From an uncultured Acidobacteriaceae bacterium (lineage in GTDB: Bacteria > Acidobacteriota > Terriglobia > Bryobacterales > Bryobacteraceae): DNA of 64,000 bases. The DNA lies in the NCBI GenBank assembly GCA_963787575.1, contig CAWBDN010000001.1:5267-69266 (forward strand). Direction: 5' to 3'. Every line of letters begins with the position of its first letter. The stretch's first letter is position 1. Below are positions 37,336-47,731 of the stretch, piece after piece. Made by a program: the position numbers and the translations under genes. The notes beneath the pieces were generated by a model that was not told the origin of the DNA, searched no databases, and saw only the letters and a program-made list of their open reading frames with translations.

Positions 37336-38820
37336 TTAATGGGGCGTGATTCCGGCTATCGCTTTCCGTACTGAGTCGGCCAAAGGAACAGCGATCCGCT
37401 CTACGGCTGTGGCCATTGGAACCGCGGTTAACCAAATGTGAACCGCTCGCGAACCTACTGCGAGCTCGGCGCGATGTATCAGACGTCCGCGCTCTCGCAA
37501 AGAAGTCCAATTCTCGGCCGAGCAGGGATAAGCAAGGCAGACGATGACGTCTGAAGTCCGCGCCAAGTTAGCGTACGCGAGTACCTGAAGCAGATCGTTT
37601 CGATGTTGTTCCCGGAGTTCTTCTTCAACCCTCCACCATGAGTGCTGTTGGAGTTCTTCGCAATGGCGCTTGTACTTTGCATCAACGATCAGTGTCGCGG
37701 AATCCCATTCGAGCCAGATGTCTGGCGCGAGTGATTTCTGCGAGCCTAGATACGATGGCTCCCAATTGATGGGGTGGGTTGTTTCTCGCTTGCGCCCCAC
37801 CTTCATTTGAGCGCCAGTACGCTGGGCAACGAGTCGAAGCACAGTTTCGACCCAAGCTTCGAAAAATTTGTCCATTGGCATGGTCCACGGTATACCTTCC
37901 AGGTCACTCACTTCGGCCAGCCCGCTTTCCTCAATCGTCCATTCGATTGCCTGCAGGCCATTGATAAACTGCTCGGCGCGTAATGGGCGCTGAAGCCAGC
38001 TCCCGAGAGTTGTTGCCGATGGCACATACACTGGAACCGTTTGAACCGACATAGTAATTGCTGCCCAAACTCAATCATTCTGTGAATAAATGCGCCGTGC
38101 TCTTTTTGAGTCTCCAGCGCGCGTAGTTGACGCTCAATGGCATGCCGAATCGCGCCTTTGAGAAGTCGATCATCGCGAAGATCAGGAAACGTACAGGGTA
38201 GTGATAAAAAGCTGGCGTTTGGCAGGCTTTTTGTTGCATATTCAGCCCAACGCACGCTATCTCGCGGAGCGCGCCGGGTCTCCGTTGTAAGTTCGAATCT
38301 TCGATCAAGAGAGTCGAGCAGGGCTTTCAATCTCATGAGGATCATGAAGGACAGCACCCAGATCGGCACTCGGCGCTCCGAGCGACGCAGAAGCGGCAAA
38401 TGCAGCGCCGCTGGGCTGACACGCCACCCCATTTCGGCGAGCATCGGACCAATTCCTGCCCAAGGAAATCGTGGTTGAACAATGAGGCCGAAATCGTGTC
38501 GAGCGGTTGTTGGAGAAATCAGTGGAATCGCACCGACGGCAGCTCCGGCCTGGATGACGAGCCGGACATCATTTCCGTCATAGTCTCGCTCAATGCGAAC
38601 ATCTAACAGCGACATCAACGCTCTGTTCTGCTTTGACGAATTGTTCCGCTATTCGAGCGGCTTGCACGTGTGGATCGCGCATCCCGCGAACCTTGAAGAA
38701 ATGGATCGCCGATCGCTCCATGATCGAGTGATCTGTCAATTCCAGACACACTTCTCGGCCGGCTCCACCTGCCGTAGCGGTACAGCTTTCGGAAGGAGGT
38801 CGAGTATTTCGCGTCTTCAC
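37336..38820 (-). pseudogene. McrC-like PD-(D/E)xK nuclease subunit with at least 2 frameshifts
   Basis: Three ORF pieces (38590..38820, 37908..38618, 37336..38052) join into one protein. The nuclease motif 'PDIWLEW..LIVDAKYK' lies at 37669..37722. The GTG start overlaps the mcrB-like stop (GTGA). Confidence 0.7.
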
Positions 38821-40294
38821 AAGCTTCGCAGTTCTTGCAAATACCCGCGGATCGGCTCAGCGAAACCGCCGACGTAGCCTTGCGCTAAATACTCTTCCAG
38901 AAGTGGCGCCAGGTTCACACGAAGACTCCATTTGGCACGGTACTCATCCGGTTCCAGAAAATACGAATGACCGGGCACTAGCGGGAAAGCGTCTTCAGCG
39001 GCGTGCTCAACGAAGATCGAAATCAAATCTTGAAACGCCTTTTGCATGATGCCGCATCCGAATTGCTCAACCACGCTCATGCGCGGCCAGAGCGAAACGA
39101 ATGCAAATCGCCGCCGCACAGCCACATCAACGAATGGCGATGCTACGATCAGCACTGTTCATTGTTCCGAGAATATGCAAGTTGCTTGGAAGGAAGAAGG
39201 TCCGGTGAAATGGTTCGCCGAAGTCGTACGGAAGGGCAATCTTTCGGCCCGACGCCATCGGTTCAAGAAGAAATATCGCTTCACCGAGAATCTTGCCCAA
39301 GTCCGCGCGGTTAATCTCATCGATGTGCAGCAGGTAGTTGCTTGATGGATAGTTGGAGTGCCTCGGCTGCTGCCTCCATCAGAAAGCCGGGCACGGGTGT
39401 GAATCGAAACCCCAGTTCCCCATCAGTACTCATCATGGGAGCTAGGCCGCCGATGAAGTTTTCATACGTGGTATTCGGATGAAATTGTATGGTTCGCCCT
39501 CGCCCACCGTAGGTGGTGTCGAAGGAGTTCGGTTGCCATCATCGTCTTCCCGGTACCTGGCGGGCCTTGGATGATCACATATCGTCGAGCCGGCAAGCAA
39601 GTCTGCCACTTGACTGCTTTCGACGCTTGGCATGAGATAGTTAAACCACTCGGCGCGGATAGATTGGTAGCTGGCCTGGGCACTAGCGATCGGCTGATAA
39701 CCGCGTTCTTCAAAAAGAAGATCGAGAAACGCCGCTAATGCAGCCTCAGTTCCGGTGCGCTCGTCAGTCGGGCAATACACGGCGTAAATTTCCTTGCCGT
39801 ACCTATCGAAAACGCTTTTGTACTCTGGCCATCGTTTCGCCACGTTCTCCGGAACAGGAAGATCGGTCCGAGTTGGATCTTGCTTTGCCCAAGCGATAAA
39901 ATTTCCTCGGCCGTATTTTTGATTCAGCCAGGAACAGATCGCCTGTGTCTTCCGGGCGTGACCAGGCCGCCCGAGAATTGCCTCGTCCGGTGCAAGGCCT
40001 TGTGCGCCTACCACCATCCCAATCAGGCACGGTCGTTCAGGTACCGGAAACATAACGAACGAAAGCCCGCTGTATGGACCCAGAAGCTGGGTTCTGCGGG
40101 TGAATATAGGCGGCGAAAGGGACGCCGGAATCACCACTCATCTCTGGTGCGCGAAGTGTCAGCGCCTTTAACGCTTGCTTTGGATAACGTCCGGCGGGAC
40201 TCCCAAAGAGACCTTCAAATGCAGCCTTGTTTCGTTCGGACCATGCTTCCTGATTTAATGAATACGCAATTTCTACTAGGACCGGGATGCTCAT
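38817..40294 (-). pseudogene. McrB-like AAA+ GTPase subunit (MrcB_N-like N-domain) with at least 4 frameshifts
   Basis: Walker A 'GPPGTGKT' is at 39543..39566. 'IQFHPNTTYENFIGG' is in another frame. Walker B 'LHIDEINRAD' is at 39301..39330. 'LGTMNSADRSIA' is followed by a frame change into 'VDVAVRRRFAF' (39105..39116). Confidence 0.75.
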
Positions 40295-40620
40295 ATGCGA
40301 CTTTTAAATGAGACTGTATCAGTCACAGACCCTCCTAGCGGGAAGTTGGCCTTGAAGGGCGTGAATTCGCGCGTAAGCTAGAGACCGCCGCCCGCGACTT
40401 GTCAGGCGTTACGGAACCACAGATTTCCAGGGCAATTCGCGTGTACCGTGGCGAAAAGAAACGATTGCCGCAGACAACGGGTTGGCCGGCCCCAGACACC
40501 GTCCTAGAGGAGTGATCGACATCGCGGTCCTGGTAGCTGGAATCGCCGGATTCAAAGTAAGGCAAGCCTGTCCAGAACCCGAGCGCAAGCTTGCCGGGTT
40601 AATCTATGCAATAGGGCGCT

Positions 40621-40884
40621 ATGGATCTTACCGTCTCGATACCCGATGATCTTGCGGGCCGCCTAGGCGCGTCGGGCGTCGATCTGTCACGCCGGGCGCT
40701 CGAAGCGTTTGCATTAAAGGAATACAACAACGAGCGCATATCGAAGGCAGAACTATGCCGATTGCTGGGATTTCAAAGCCGGTACGAACTTGACGGATTC
40801 CTGAAGGCTCATGGCGTTTGGATCGAATACGGTATCGAGGACTTCCGGCGTGAACAGGAAGCTCTCGATCGCTTGGGCGTCTAA
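40621..40884 (+). CDS. UPF0175-family antitoxin-like protein, apparently without a partner toxin
   Basis: It contains 'LSRRALEAFALKEYNNERISKAELCRLLGFQSRYELDGFLKAHGV'. Only a 16-codon ORF follows before the integrase 3' end. Confidence 0.6.
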   Translation: MDLTVSIPDDLAGRLGASGVDLSRRALEAFALKEYNNERISKAELCRLLGFQSRYELDGFLKAHGVWIEYGIEDFRREQEALDRLGV

Positions 40885-40949
40885 ACAAATGCAGGTCGGC
40901 GATGCGGACGCCGGTTGCTGTTGTAAGTTCGAAGCCTAGCCACTCTTCT

Positions 40950-42194
40950 TCATTTCTTTGCGCGAATCACGGCAAGCTTTGGCCTTGGTGCTGTCGAAAG
41001 CTTTTCCCGCAAAATATTTGTCAGCCGCTCCTGGCGCTCCGGTACCCAGCGAGCGTAATGTTTCAAAACCATATCCTCTGTATCGCCGATCAGATCCGCG
41101 ACATCACGAGACGACACGCCGCGCTGAAGCAAGAGCCGCACAAACGTGTGCCGGAAAACGTGCGGCGTCGGCGTACCGCATTCAAAGGGCCCGGCAACAT
41201 CAAGAACACGATTGATTCTCCGCCGCCAAAGATCAGTTACGGTCTCTAACCGCTCCGAGCGGCCCAACGCAAAAATCTTTGGACCGAAATTTACGTTCAC
41301 GCGCTAATAGGCGCTCATAGAGCCAATCGTCAACCCATGTGAAGAGTGGCCCTTTGATCTTGTGCATTCGCAGGAAGATGTTGGCGCCGCCTTCAGCGTG
41401 CGGACTGGCACGGCTCATGTCGAACATGGCCCCGTCGCTAATGCGAAGGCCGGTCCAGCAGAGGAGCATCATCATGGTCTTCACATCGTCACCGCTCCAC
41501 GATCCGCAGCCCAAATGATTGTTCCATCGCGTCTCGGGCAGTTTGTCACACGTCTCGTAGATTCTTCACGAGTTCTGGGTCCGTCAAGGGCATCCGATTC
41601 GCTGCGCTTCCCGGCACCGACCGGCGCTTCAAGATCAGCGGCCGGGTTCTCCAGAATCCACTTTCGTTTAACGCAGAAACTTGAGAGAAGCCCTTTAGAC
41701 GCTCCAGCTTCTTTGCCTTTGCACGGATGCCGTCCTTCCATACGTGAATAAAACTCGTCCATATCCGTGATCTGGATCTGTTCGAGCAAGCACGTAACCT
41801 TTCTCTGCGGCGAAATCACGAAACTGCTTGACGAATGTGTTGTACTTGCGGAGCGTTGCTGGCGCGATACTGCGCCCGGCGCGGTTAGCGAGATACGCTT
41901 CCGTAGCGAAGTGAATAGTAATGGAAGGCTTTGATGGCTCGGCCTCGCTCACAGACTCGGTCTACGCACCGGCAAAGTGGAGGGTTCGCCAAAGCTCCCA
42001 ACTTGCAGCTTACTCCCATCACGGCGGCGATGAGCCTTCGCTTCTGGCCAGGTCGTCTTTTTGGTGTTTTTGCGTTGGAACTTTGCCAGCCTAACAGTGC
42101 CGCAGGCATAGATGGGACAGTGACACTTCTTCCAATTTCGCCGGAGCTCTTCGGGTTCGTAATTGCGGGAATACGGGAGCGTGCCCCCCGACAC
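40950..42194 (-). pseudogene. Tyrosine recombinase/integrase with at least 4 frameshifts
   Basis: Five overlapping ORF pieces in different frames reconstruct a full integrase. The pieces read 'RRNWKKCHCPIYACG..', 'ATLRKYNTFVKQFRDFAAEKG', 'MLLCWTGLRISDG' and 'HVFRHTFVRLLLQRGVS..VLKHYARW'. Confidence 0.8.
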
Positions 42195-42264
42195 ATTTTC
42201 CGGCTGTGCGGTGGTGGCGACGATAGAGATTCAGCGCCATAGAGCTTAGGCAAAATCCTAGCAT

Positions 42265-42286
42265 CGCATTGCCCACCATTGCCCAC
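42265..42286. repeat. CG + 2x CATTGCCCAC tandem decamer (candidate arm-type site, integrase-proximal arm)
   Basis: It is an exact copy of 33809..33830 and lies 37 nt from the core repeat. Confidence 0.6.
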
Positions 42287-42323
42287 CAAAATTGGCTGAT
42301 TGTCTGCTAAGTTATTGATTCTA

Positions 42324-42349
42324 TTCTGGCGGTGAGGGTGGGATTCGAA
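42324..42349. repeat. tRNA-proximal att direct repeat
   Basis: It is identical to 33704..33729 and covers the 3' 23 nt of tRNA-Ser plus 3 nt. Confidence 0.85.
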
Positions 42350-42416
42350 CCCACGGAACCCGTAAAGGTTCAACGGTTTTCGAGACCGCCCGATTCAACC
42401 ACTCTCGCACCTCACC
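42327..42416 (-). tRNA. tRNA-Ser (anticodon CGA), with encoded CCA
   Basis: Hand folding gives acceptor GGTGAGG/CCTCACC, anticodon loop CTCGAAA, a long variable arm and T-loop GTTCGAATC. Confidence 0.9.
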
Positions 42417-42605
42417 ACACCCTAAAGTAGCATTCGCGAGACGCTGTCATACGCTCGCCGACGAGTTGATGCGCTCTTTGCCAGTGCGCGATCCGGTGCA
42501 GGTTTGAGGGCGAATGTCACTTCGGTCATCGGACATCTCTTCCGCCGACAAATGAATATTGACTGAGTGCTGCCATGCGAGCGATGATGCTGGCGAGCTC
42601 TTCGG

Positions 42606-43754
42606 CTACCTGGCCGGTTCTTCGTTCCGGAACTCAGCCGGAACGAACTGGTCGGCCAGGTTCCACTCTTCCACCAGGAACACAGTCGGAATTTTTGGAT
42701 ACTCACGCTGCGCGAGCAGCAGGGTCCGAAAATCGAAGCTCTGAATATCCGAGCGCTCTTCCATGTGATTGGCCGCTACACTTTGGCACAGGGTGTGCAC
42801 GAATACTTCCGGACCGAATGTGTCGCCCGCCGATTGCGCCCGCGGATCTACCTTCGTCTCTAAGTTAAACCGCACCTTTCGGGCATTTCGACAGCGCATG
42901 TCGGCCTTCGGATCCGCTTGCCCCGGCCCCTCCCTGTAATAACCAGCATAGAAATTCACAAATCGGTAAAGCTGCTGCACATTCGTCGGAACGTAAGGGC
43001 TGATCAGTCCGTGTTCCTTGGCAAAGGCAACGGATACCGGTGAAAGCGCCACATCGTTCCTCTGCTGCGGCCCCCGGAAAACGCGATCACAGATGAACCG
43101 CTTCTGCGCCTCAGCCATGGTGATGTCTTTGATGAAGACGCGGTTCGCCGGCGTATAATTCGACCCATCCGCCGCCCGACAGGTCTGCGGGTTGATGAAG
43201 TGCTCGTGACTGATCAGCGACACGTGATCGGCCGTCACCCCAGTGTCCGTCTCAATCGTTGTGATCAAATTGTCAAGACCTGCTTCGAAAGCCGGCAGCG
43301 TGTTTTCAGGCCGCAGGTCCCGGGCCCCGCGATGGCCCTCTGCGTCGAAGCTCGAAAGGTACGCCGCGTCTCGCGGTCCTTTCGCGCTCCGTTTCGCCTG
43401 TTCTAACTCGCTATGGAGAAGATCCGGACGATCGCTGATGATTCCGTGGACACCCTCCCCAATCAACTCTCGCATCCGAGCCGTATCATCGATTGTCCAG
43501 GGGATGACGGCATAGCCGGCCCTTTGCACAGCCTTAAAGTCGATCTTGGCATTTGGGCCTCGCAGCAGCTCGTCCGATGGCGAGAGTAGCGGCATATACT
43601 GCGCGCCGTGAGCTTGCGCGTTTCTTTTCGCATTCTCAAGCAGACGGATGATTTTTGCGGTGCTTGCGTTCAAAGAGTCTTGCGTCCGAAGTGGTAATGA
43701 TGTAAGGCAAACGAGAGCTGCTGCCCCCAAGGTGCTAAATGCAATGGGCTTCAT
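42606..43754 (-). CDS. Secreted glycerophosphodiester phosphodiesterase family protein
   Basis: It contains 'EGHRGARDLRPENTLPAFEAGLD..IETDTGVTADHVSLISHEHF' and has a signal peptide. Confidence 0.8.
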   Translation of the reverse strand: MKPIAFSTLGAAALVCLTSLPLRTQDSLNASTAKIIRLLENAKRNAQAHGAQYMPLLSPSDELLRGPNAKIDFKAVQRAGYAVIPWTIDDTARMRELIGEGVHGIISDRPDLLHSELEQAKRSAKGPRDAAYLSSFDAEGHRGARDLRPENTLPAFEAGLDNLITTIETDTGVTADHVSLISHEHFINPQTCRAADGSNYTPANRVFIKDITMAEAQKRFICDRVFRGPQQRNDVALSPVSVAFAKEHGLISPYVPTNVQQLYRFVNFYAGYYREGPGQADPKADMRCRNARKVRFNLETKVDPRAQSAGDTFGPEVFVHTLCQSVAANHMEERSDIQSFDFRTLLLAQREYPKIPTVFLVEEWNLADQFVPAEFRNEEPAR

Positions 43755-43839
43755 CTGACGCGCCTTGCGACGCCTATATCCATTTCACGGCTCTTCATCC
43801 GGAGAGCGCCTTCGCGCGTAGATCGACCGATCGAATCCT

Positions 43840-44373
43840 TCACTTCACGGTAAACGGCACCGAGGCGATATGGTCCTCCCATGCCAACTGCAGCCTGCCC
43901 TTGTTGCCGCCCGCATCCGAAAGAGTGTACTTCAATTTCTCCACCATGGCCGGAGGTTTGCTCATGGTCATCTTGACGCGACCCAAGTCCTGCCCCTTGT
44001 TATAAGTCAGACCCCACTGGCCCGTCTGCTTGTTGACGATGAGTTCCCAGTTATCGGGATCCGCCAAATTAATGTAAAGCGTGTAATCGCCCTTCGGAAC
44101 GGCGAGCCCGCCTATATCGAGATCGGCGTCTGTATGCAGTGCGGTAGCGGCGTTTGCGCCTCCTCGCCACACCGGGTAATTCGGATCCTGGCCGATTCTG
44201 CCGTCCTTGCCGAAGAGCTTGCCTTCGCGGCCGTTCACGGATGGCGCGGAGTAGTTGATGCTGACGGTTTTGCCGTTGATGGTGACGGATTCCGTGGTGC
44301 GGCCTCCGCGCTGGGCGCACGCCAAAGCGGCCGCGGCGAGGAGCGCGGCAGTGCATAGTAGAGCAGATTTCAT
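43840..44373 (-). CDS. DUF2911-like secreted protein
   Basis: It has a signal peptide, 'VWRGGANAATALHTDADL..VPKGDYTLY' and 'WELIVNKQTGQWG'. Confidence 0.6.
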   Translation of the reverse strand: MKSALLCTAALLAAAALACAQRGGRTTESVTINGKTVSINYSAPSVNGREGKLFGKDGRIGQDPNYPVWRGGANAATALHTDADLDIGGLAVPKGDYTLYINLADPDNWELIVNKQTGQWGLTYNKGQDLGRVKMTMSKPPAMVEKLKYTLSDAGGNKGRLQLAWEDHIASVPFTVK

Positions 44374-44538
44374 GATCGATTCCTTCCGAAGGCGCGGTCT
44401 CGTAGCTTGGTCGGGTAGTGCACCAAGCAGTCACGTCTTCTCTTGCCGTTTGGTCCAACAACATTTTACAGGGACCAACTTACCCGCGCCCGGCAAGCGA
44501 CAAATCAGGAGCGGTACTTTATTCGCCTTCAGCTGTCG

Positions 44539-45153
44539 TCAAGTAGCGGCGATCGTATTCACTGTCATTTCCCGTTTTGCTTCGTACGCCGCGATTGCGT
44601 CTTCCTGCCGCAAGATGTAGCCAAGTTCGTCCACGCCCTGCAGCATGCAATCTTTCGCAAAAGAATCGATGGGGAAACTTACGGCTGAACCATCCGGAAG
44701 AGTAAGCTTCTGCTGGGCCAGGTCTACCGTCACTGTGGCTGAGGAATCCGCGGCGGCGGATTTGAGGAGCATTTCCTGGACCTCAGGCGAAACAACGATC
44801 GGCAAAAGCGAGTTCTTCAGAGCGTTGCCCCGAAAGATGTCGGCGAAGGATGTGCTAATCACGGCCCTGAACCCATATTGAGTCAGCGCCCAAGGAGCGT
44901 GTTCTCGCGAGCTGCCGCACCCGAAGTTATCTCCCGCGAGCAGGATCTGCGCCGCGCGGCCTTGCGGTTTATTTAGCAGGAAATCGGGATTAGGTTTTCC
45001 TTCGGCGTCGTATCGCCAATCGAAGAAGAGCTGATCGCCCAGTCCGGCTTTGGACGTGGTCTTGAGAAATCGCGCCGGGATGATCTGATCCGTATCGATA
45101 TTGTCGATTGGCAAGGGAGCCAGGCGGCTGGTGAAAGGCGTGAACTTTTCCAT
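44539..45153 (-). CDS. leuD: 3-isopropylmalate dehydratase small subunit
   Basis: It contains 'DNIDTDQIIPARFLK' and 'GDNFGCGSSREHAPWAL'. Confidence 0.9.
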   Translation of the reverse strand: MEKFTPFTSRLAPLPIDNIDTDQIIPARFLKTTSKAGLGDQLFFDWRYDAEGKPNPDFLLNKPQGRAAQILLAGDNFGCGSSREHAPWALTQYGFRAVISTSFADIFRGNALKNSLLPIVVSPEVQEMLLKSAAADSSATVTVDLAQQKLTLPDGSAVSFPIDSFAKDCMLQGVDELGYILRQEDAIAAYEAKREMTVNTIAAT

Positions 45154-45165
45154 GCGCTACTCTCT

Positions 45166-46593
45166 CTACAAAAGCGTCCTCACATCGGTGACAACGCCCG
45201 TCACTGCGCTCGCTGCCGCTGTCAAGGGACTTGCCAGAAACGTCCGGCCTCCCTTGCCTTGCCGCCCTTCGAAGTTTCGATTACTCGTCGAAACGCTGTA
45301 CTCGCCGGGCGCCAATTGATCTCCGTTCATGGCAATGCACATAGAGCAACCCGCTTCGCGCCAATCCGCCCCTGCCGCCCTGAACACTTGGTCCAGTCCT
45401 TCGACCTGAGCCTGCTTCCTGACCTGCTGAGAGCCGGGAACCACCATGACGCGTACGTTTGGATTCACCTTGCGTCCTTTCAGAATCTCCGCCGCGGCGC
45501 GGAGGTCGGAGATGCGCGAGTTCGTGCAGCTACCGATGAAGACCACGTTAATGGGATGCCCCAGAAGCGGCTTGCCAGAGGGCAGATCCATATAGCGCAG
45601 AGCTTTGCCGAGCGAATCCCGTTCGATAGGATCGCTTACAGCCGCCGGATCGGGAACGGGAGCCGTAATCGATATACCCATCCCTGGGTTCGTGCCAAAG
45701 GTAATCATCGGCTCGAGCGCGCCGGCTTCGATCGTAATCTGCTTGTCGAATTTCGCGCCTGCGTCGGTCGGCAGCTTCCGCCACAAACTTAGCGCTCGCT
45801 CCCAGGCAGCGGCCTTGGGTGCGAAGGGTCGGCCGGCTAAATATTGATAAGTGGTGTCGTCCGGCGCGATCAGTCCGGCACGCGCGCCGCCTTCTATCGA
45901 CATGTTGCAGATCGTCATCCGCTCCTCCATGGAGAGAGAACGAATGGCCGAGCCCGAATACTCGAGCACGGATCCGGTACCCCCGCCGATACCGATCCGC
46001 GAGATCAGGCTGAGGATGATGTCCTTGGCCCCCACGCCTGGCTTGAGAGTGCCTTCCACACGCACTTCATAGGTCTTGGAACGCGCCTGCAGCAGGCATT
46101 GCGAAGCCAGCACATGTTCCACTTGGCTGGTCCCGATTCCAAACGCTAACGCTCCGAACGCTCCGTGTGTCGACGTGTGGCTGTCACCGCACACCACCGT
46201 CATGCCTGGCTGTGTCAAACCCTGCTCCGGGCCGATGATGTGCACGATTCCTTGTTTATCGCTGTGAGGACCATAGAAGGGAATCCCGAAATCGCGGCAG
46301 TTCTTTTCGAATTGCATAATCTGCGCTTCGGCGACTTTATCGATGATTGGCAGCGAACGGTCATGCGTCGGTATGCTGTGATCCGTCGTGCCGATGGTAA
46401 GATCCGGACGCCTCACCTTGAGACCCCGGTCGCGCAAACCCGAAAAGGCTTGCGGCGACGTCACCTCGTGGACCAGGTGCAGATCGACATAGAGCAGCGC
46501 TGGGGCGCCTTCTCGCTCCGCCACCACGTGACTGTTCCAAACTTTCTCGATAATGGTGCGCGGCTTGGATGCCGGCAGGTTCCCTTGCGACAT
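45166..46593 (-). CDS. leuC: 3-isopropylmalate dehydratase large subunit
   Basis: It contains '[16 protein letters not shown]', '[23 protein letters not shown]' and '[12 protein letters not shown]'. Confidence 0.92.
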   Translation of the reverse strand: MSQGNLPASKPRTIIEKVWNSHVVAEREGAPALLYVDLHLVHEVTSPQAFSGLRDRGLKVRRPDLTIGTTDHSIPTHDRSLPIIDKVAEAQIMQFEKNCRDFGIPFYGPHSDKQGIVHIIGPEQGLTQPGMTVVCGDSHTSTHGAFGALAFGIGTSQVEHVLASQCLLQARSKTYEVRVEGTLKPGVGAKDIILSLISRIGIGGGTGSVLEYSGSAIRSLSMEERMTICNMSIEGGARAGLIAPDDTTYQYLAGRPFAPKAAAWERALSLWRKLPTDAGAKFDKQITIEAGALEPMITFGTNPGMGISITAPVPDPAAVSDPIERDSLGKALRYMDLPSGKPLLGHPINVVFIGSCTNSRISDLRAAAEILKGRKVNPNVRVMVVPGSQQVRKQAQVEGLDQVFRAAGADWREAGCSMCIAMNGDQLAPGEYSVSTSNRNFEGRQGKGGRTFLASPLTAAASAVTGVVTDVRTLL

Positions 46594-46621
46594 ATATTCC
46601 TATCTTGTGAGCGGTACGCTT

Positions 46622-47725
46622 CTACGCTGAAACCGCACGGGTCGACAGACACTCGCATACCGCGTCGCCCACTTCCCTGGTGCTAGCCGGCCGGCCGGCC
46701 GGCTTCAAATCCGCTGTTACCCTTCCGCTATTCAACACTTCCTCGATCGCGCGATTCACGGCCCGCGCTTCCTTCATGAGTCCAAAACTGTATTCCAGCA
46801 TCGCGCCCACAGACCCAATGGCCCCTAGCGGATTGGCTTTATCCAGGCCCGCAATGTCAGGAGCCGATCCGTGGACAGGCTCATACAATCCCACCCACGC
46901 GCCAGACACTTTCTTGCTTCCAATGGATGCGGAGGGCAGCATGCCGATGGATCCGGCCAGCACGGCGCCTTCATCGCTCAAAATATCGCCGAACAGGTTC
47001 TCTGTAAGAATCACATCGAAACGCTTTGGATTCAGTACCAGTTGCATCGCGCAGTTGTCCACCAGCACATGATCGAGCGTAACGTCCGGGTATTCCGCGC
47101 CAACTTCGCTGACTACCCGGCGCCAAAGCTGCGAATTTTCGAGCACGTTCGATTTATCCACGCTAGTCACCTTTTTCCGGCGTTTGCGTGCCAGCTCGAA
47201 CGCCATATGCGCGACGCGCTCAATCTCAGGACGTGTGTACGTCATGGTGTTGACGGCGCGTTCGTCCCGGCCTGTGCCGGAGATGCCTCGCGGGGTTCCA
47301 TAATAAAGGCCGCCCGTCAGCTCGCGAACAATAATCATGTCGGTCCCATTCACCAGCTCGTTCTTGAGCGGTGAAGAATCAATCAGCGCGGCATATGATC
47401 GAACCGGCCGGAGATTAGCATAGACCTGGAGCGCCTTGCGGATACCCAACAAGCCGCGTTCGGGTCTCTTGTCCGGCGGAGCGTTATCGAACTCGGGTAA
47501 ACCGACCGCGCCCAGCAGTGTCGCATCGGCCTCGAGCGCCAGCTCGCGAGTCTTCTCCGGGAACGGCGTGCCTGTTTTCTGAATTGCTATGCCGCCCAAC
47601 AAACCTTCGCTAAGCGAAAGTTCGTGATTGTGATCGGCGGCAACCTGGCGCAAAACCTTGACAGCTTCGCGAGTGACCTCGACGCCTATGCCGTCGCCCG
47701 GCAGAATCAAAACCTTCAGTTTCAT
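46622..47725 (-). CDS. leuB: 3-isopropylmalate dehydrogenase
   Basis: It contains '[11 protein letters not shown]', '[11 protein letters not shown]', '[10 protein letters not shown]' and '[13 protein letters not shown]'. Confidence 0.92.
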   Translation of the reverse strand: MKLKVLILPGDGIGVEVTREAVKVLRQVAADHNHELSLSEGLLGGIAIQKTGTPFPEKTRELALEADATLLGAVGLPEFDNAPPDKRPERGLLGIRKALQVYANLRPVRSYAALIDSSPLKNELVNGTDMIIVRELTGGLYYGTPRGISGTGRDERAVNTMTYTRPEIERVAHMAFELARKRRKKVTSVDKSNVLENSQLWRRVVSEVGAEYPDVTLDHVLVDNCAMQLVLNPKRFDVILTENLFGDILSDEGAVLAGSIGMLPSASIGSKKVSGAWVGLYEPVHGSAPDIAGLDKANPLGAIGSVGAMLEYSFGLMKEARAVNRAIEEVLNSGRVTADLKPAGRPASTREVGDAVCECLSTRAVSA

Positions 47726-47731
47726 GAAGCG

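Larger units (their letters stand above)
33704..42349. mobile_element. Integrated genomic island (~8.6 kb) at tRNA-Ser(CGA), apparently immobilised
   Basis: It is bounded by exact 26-nt direct repeats. A tyrosine integrase gene (frameshifted) abuts the tRNA. Cargo consists of defence, TA and relaxosome-type genes. Confidence 0.8.
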
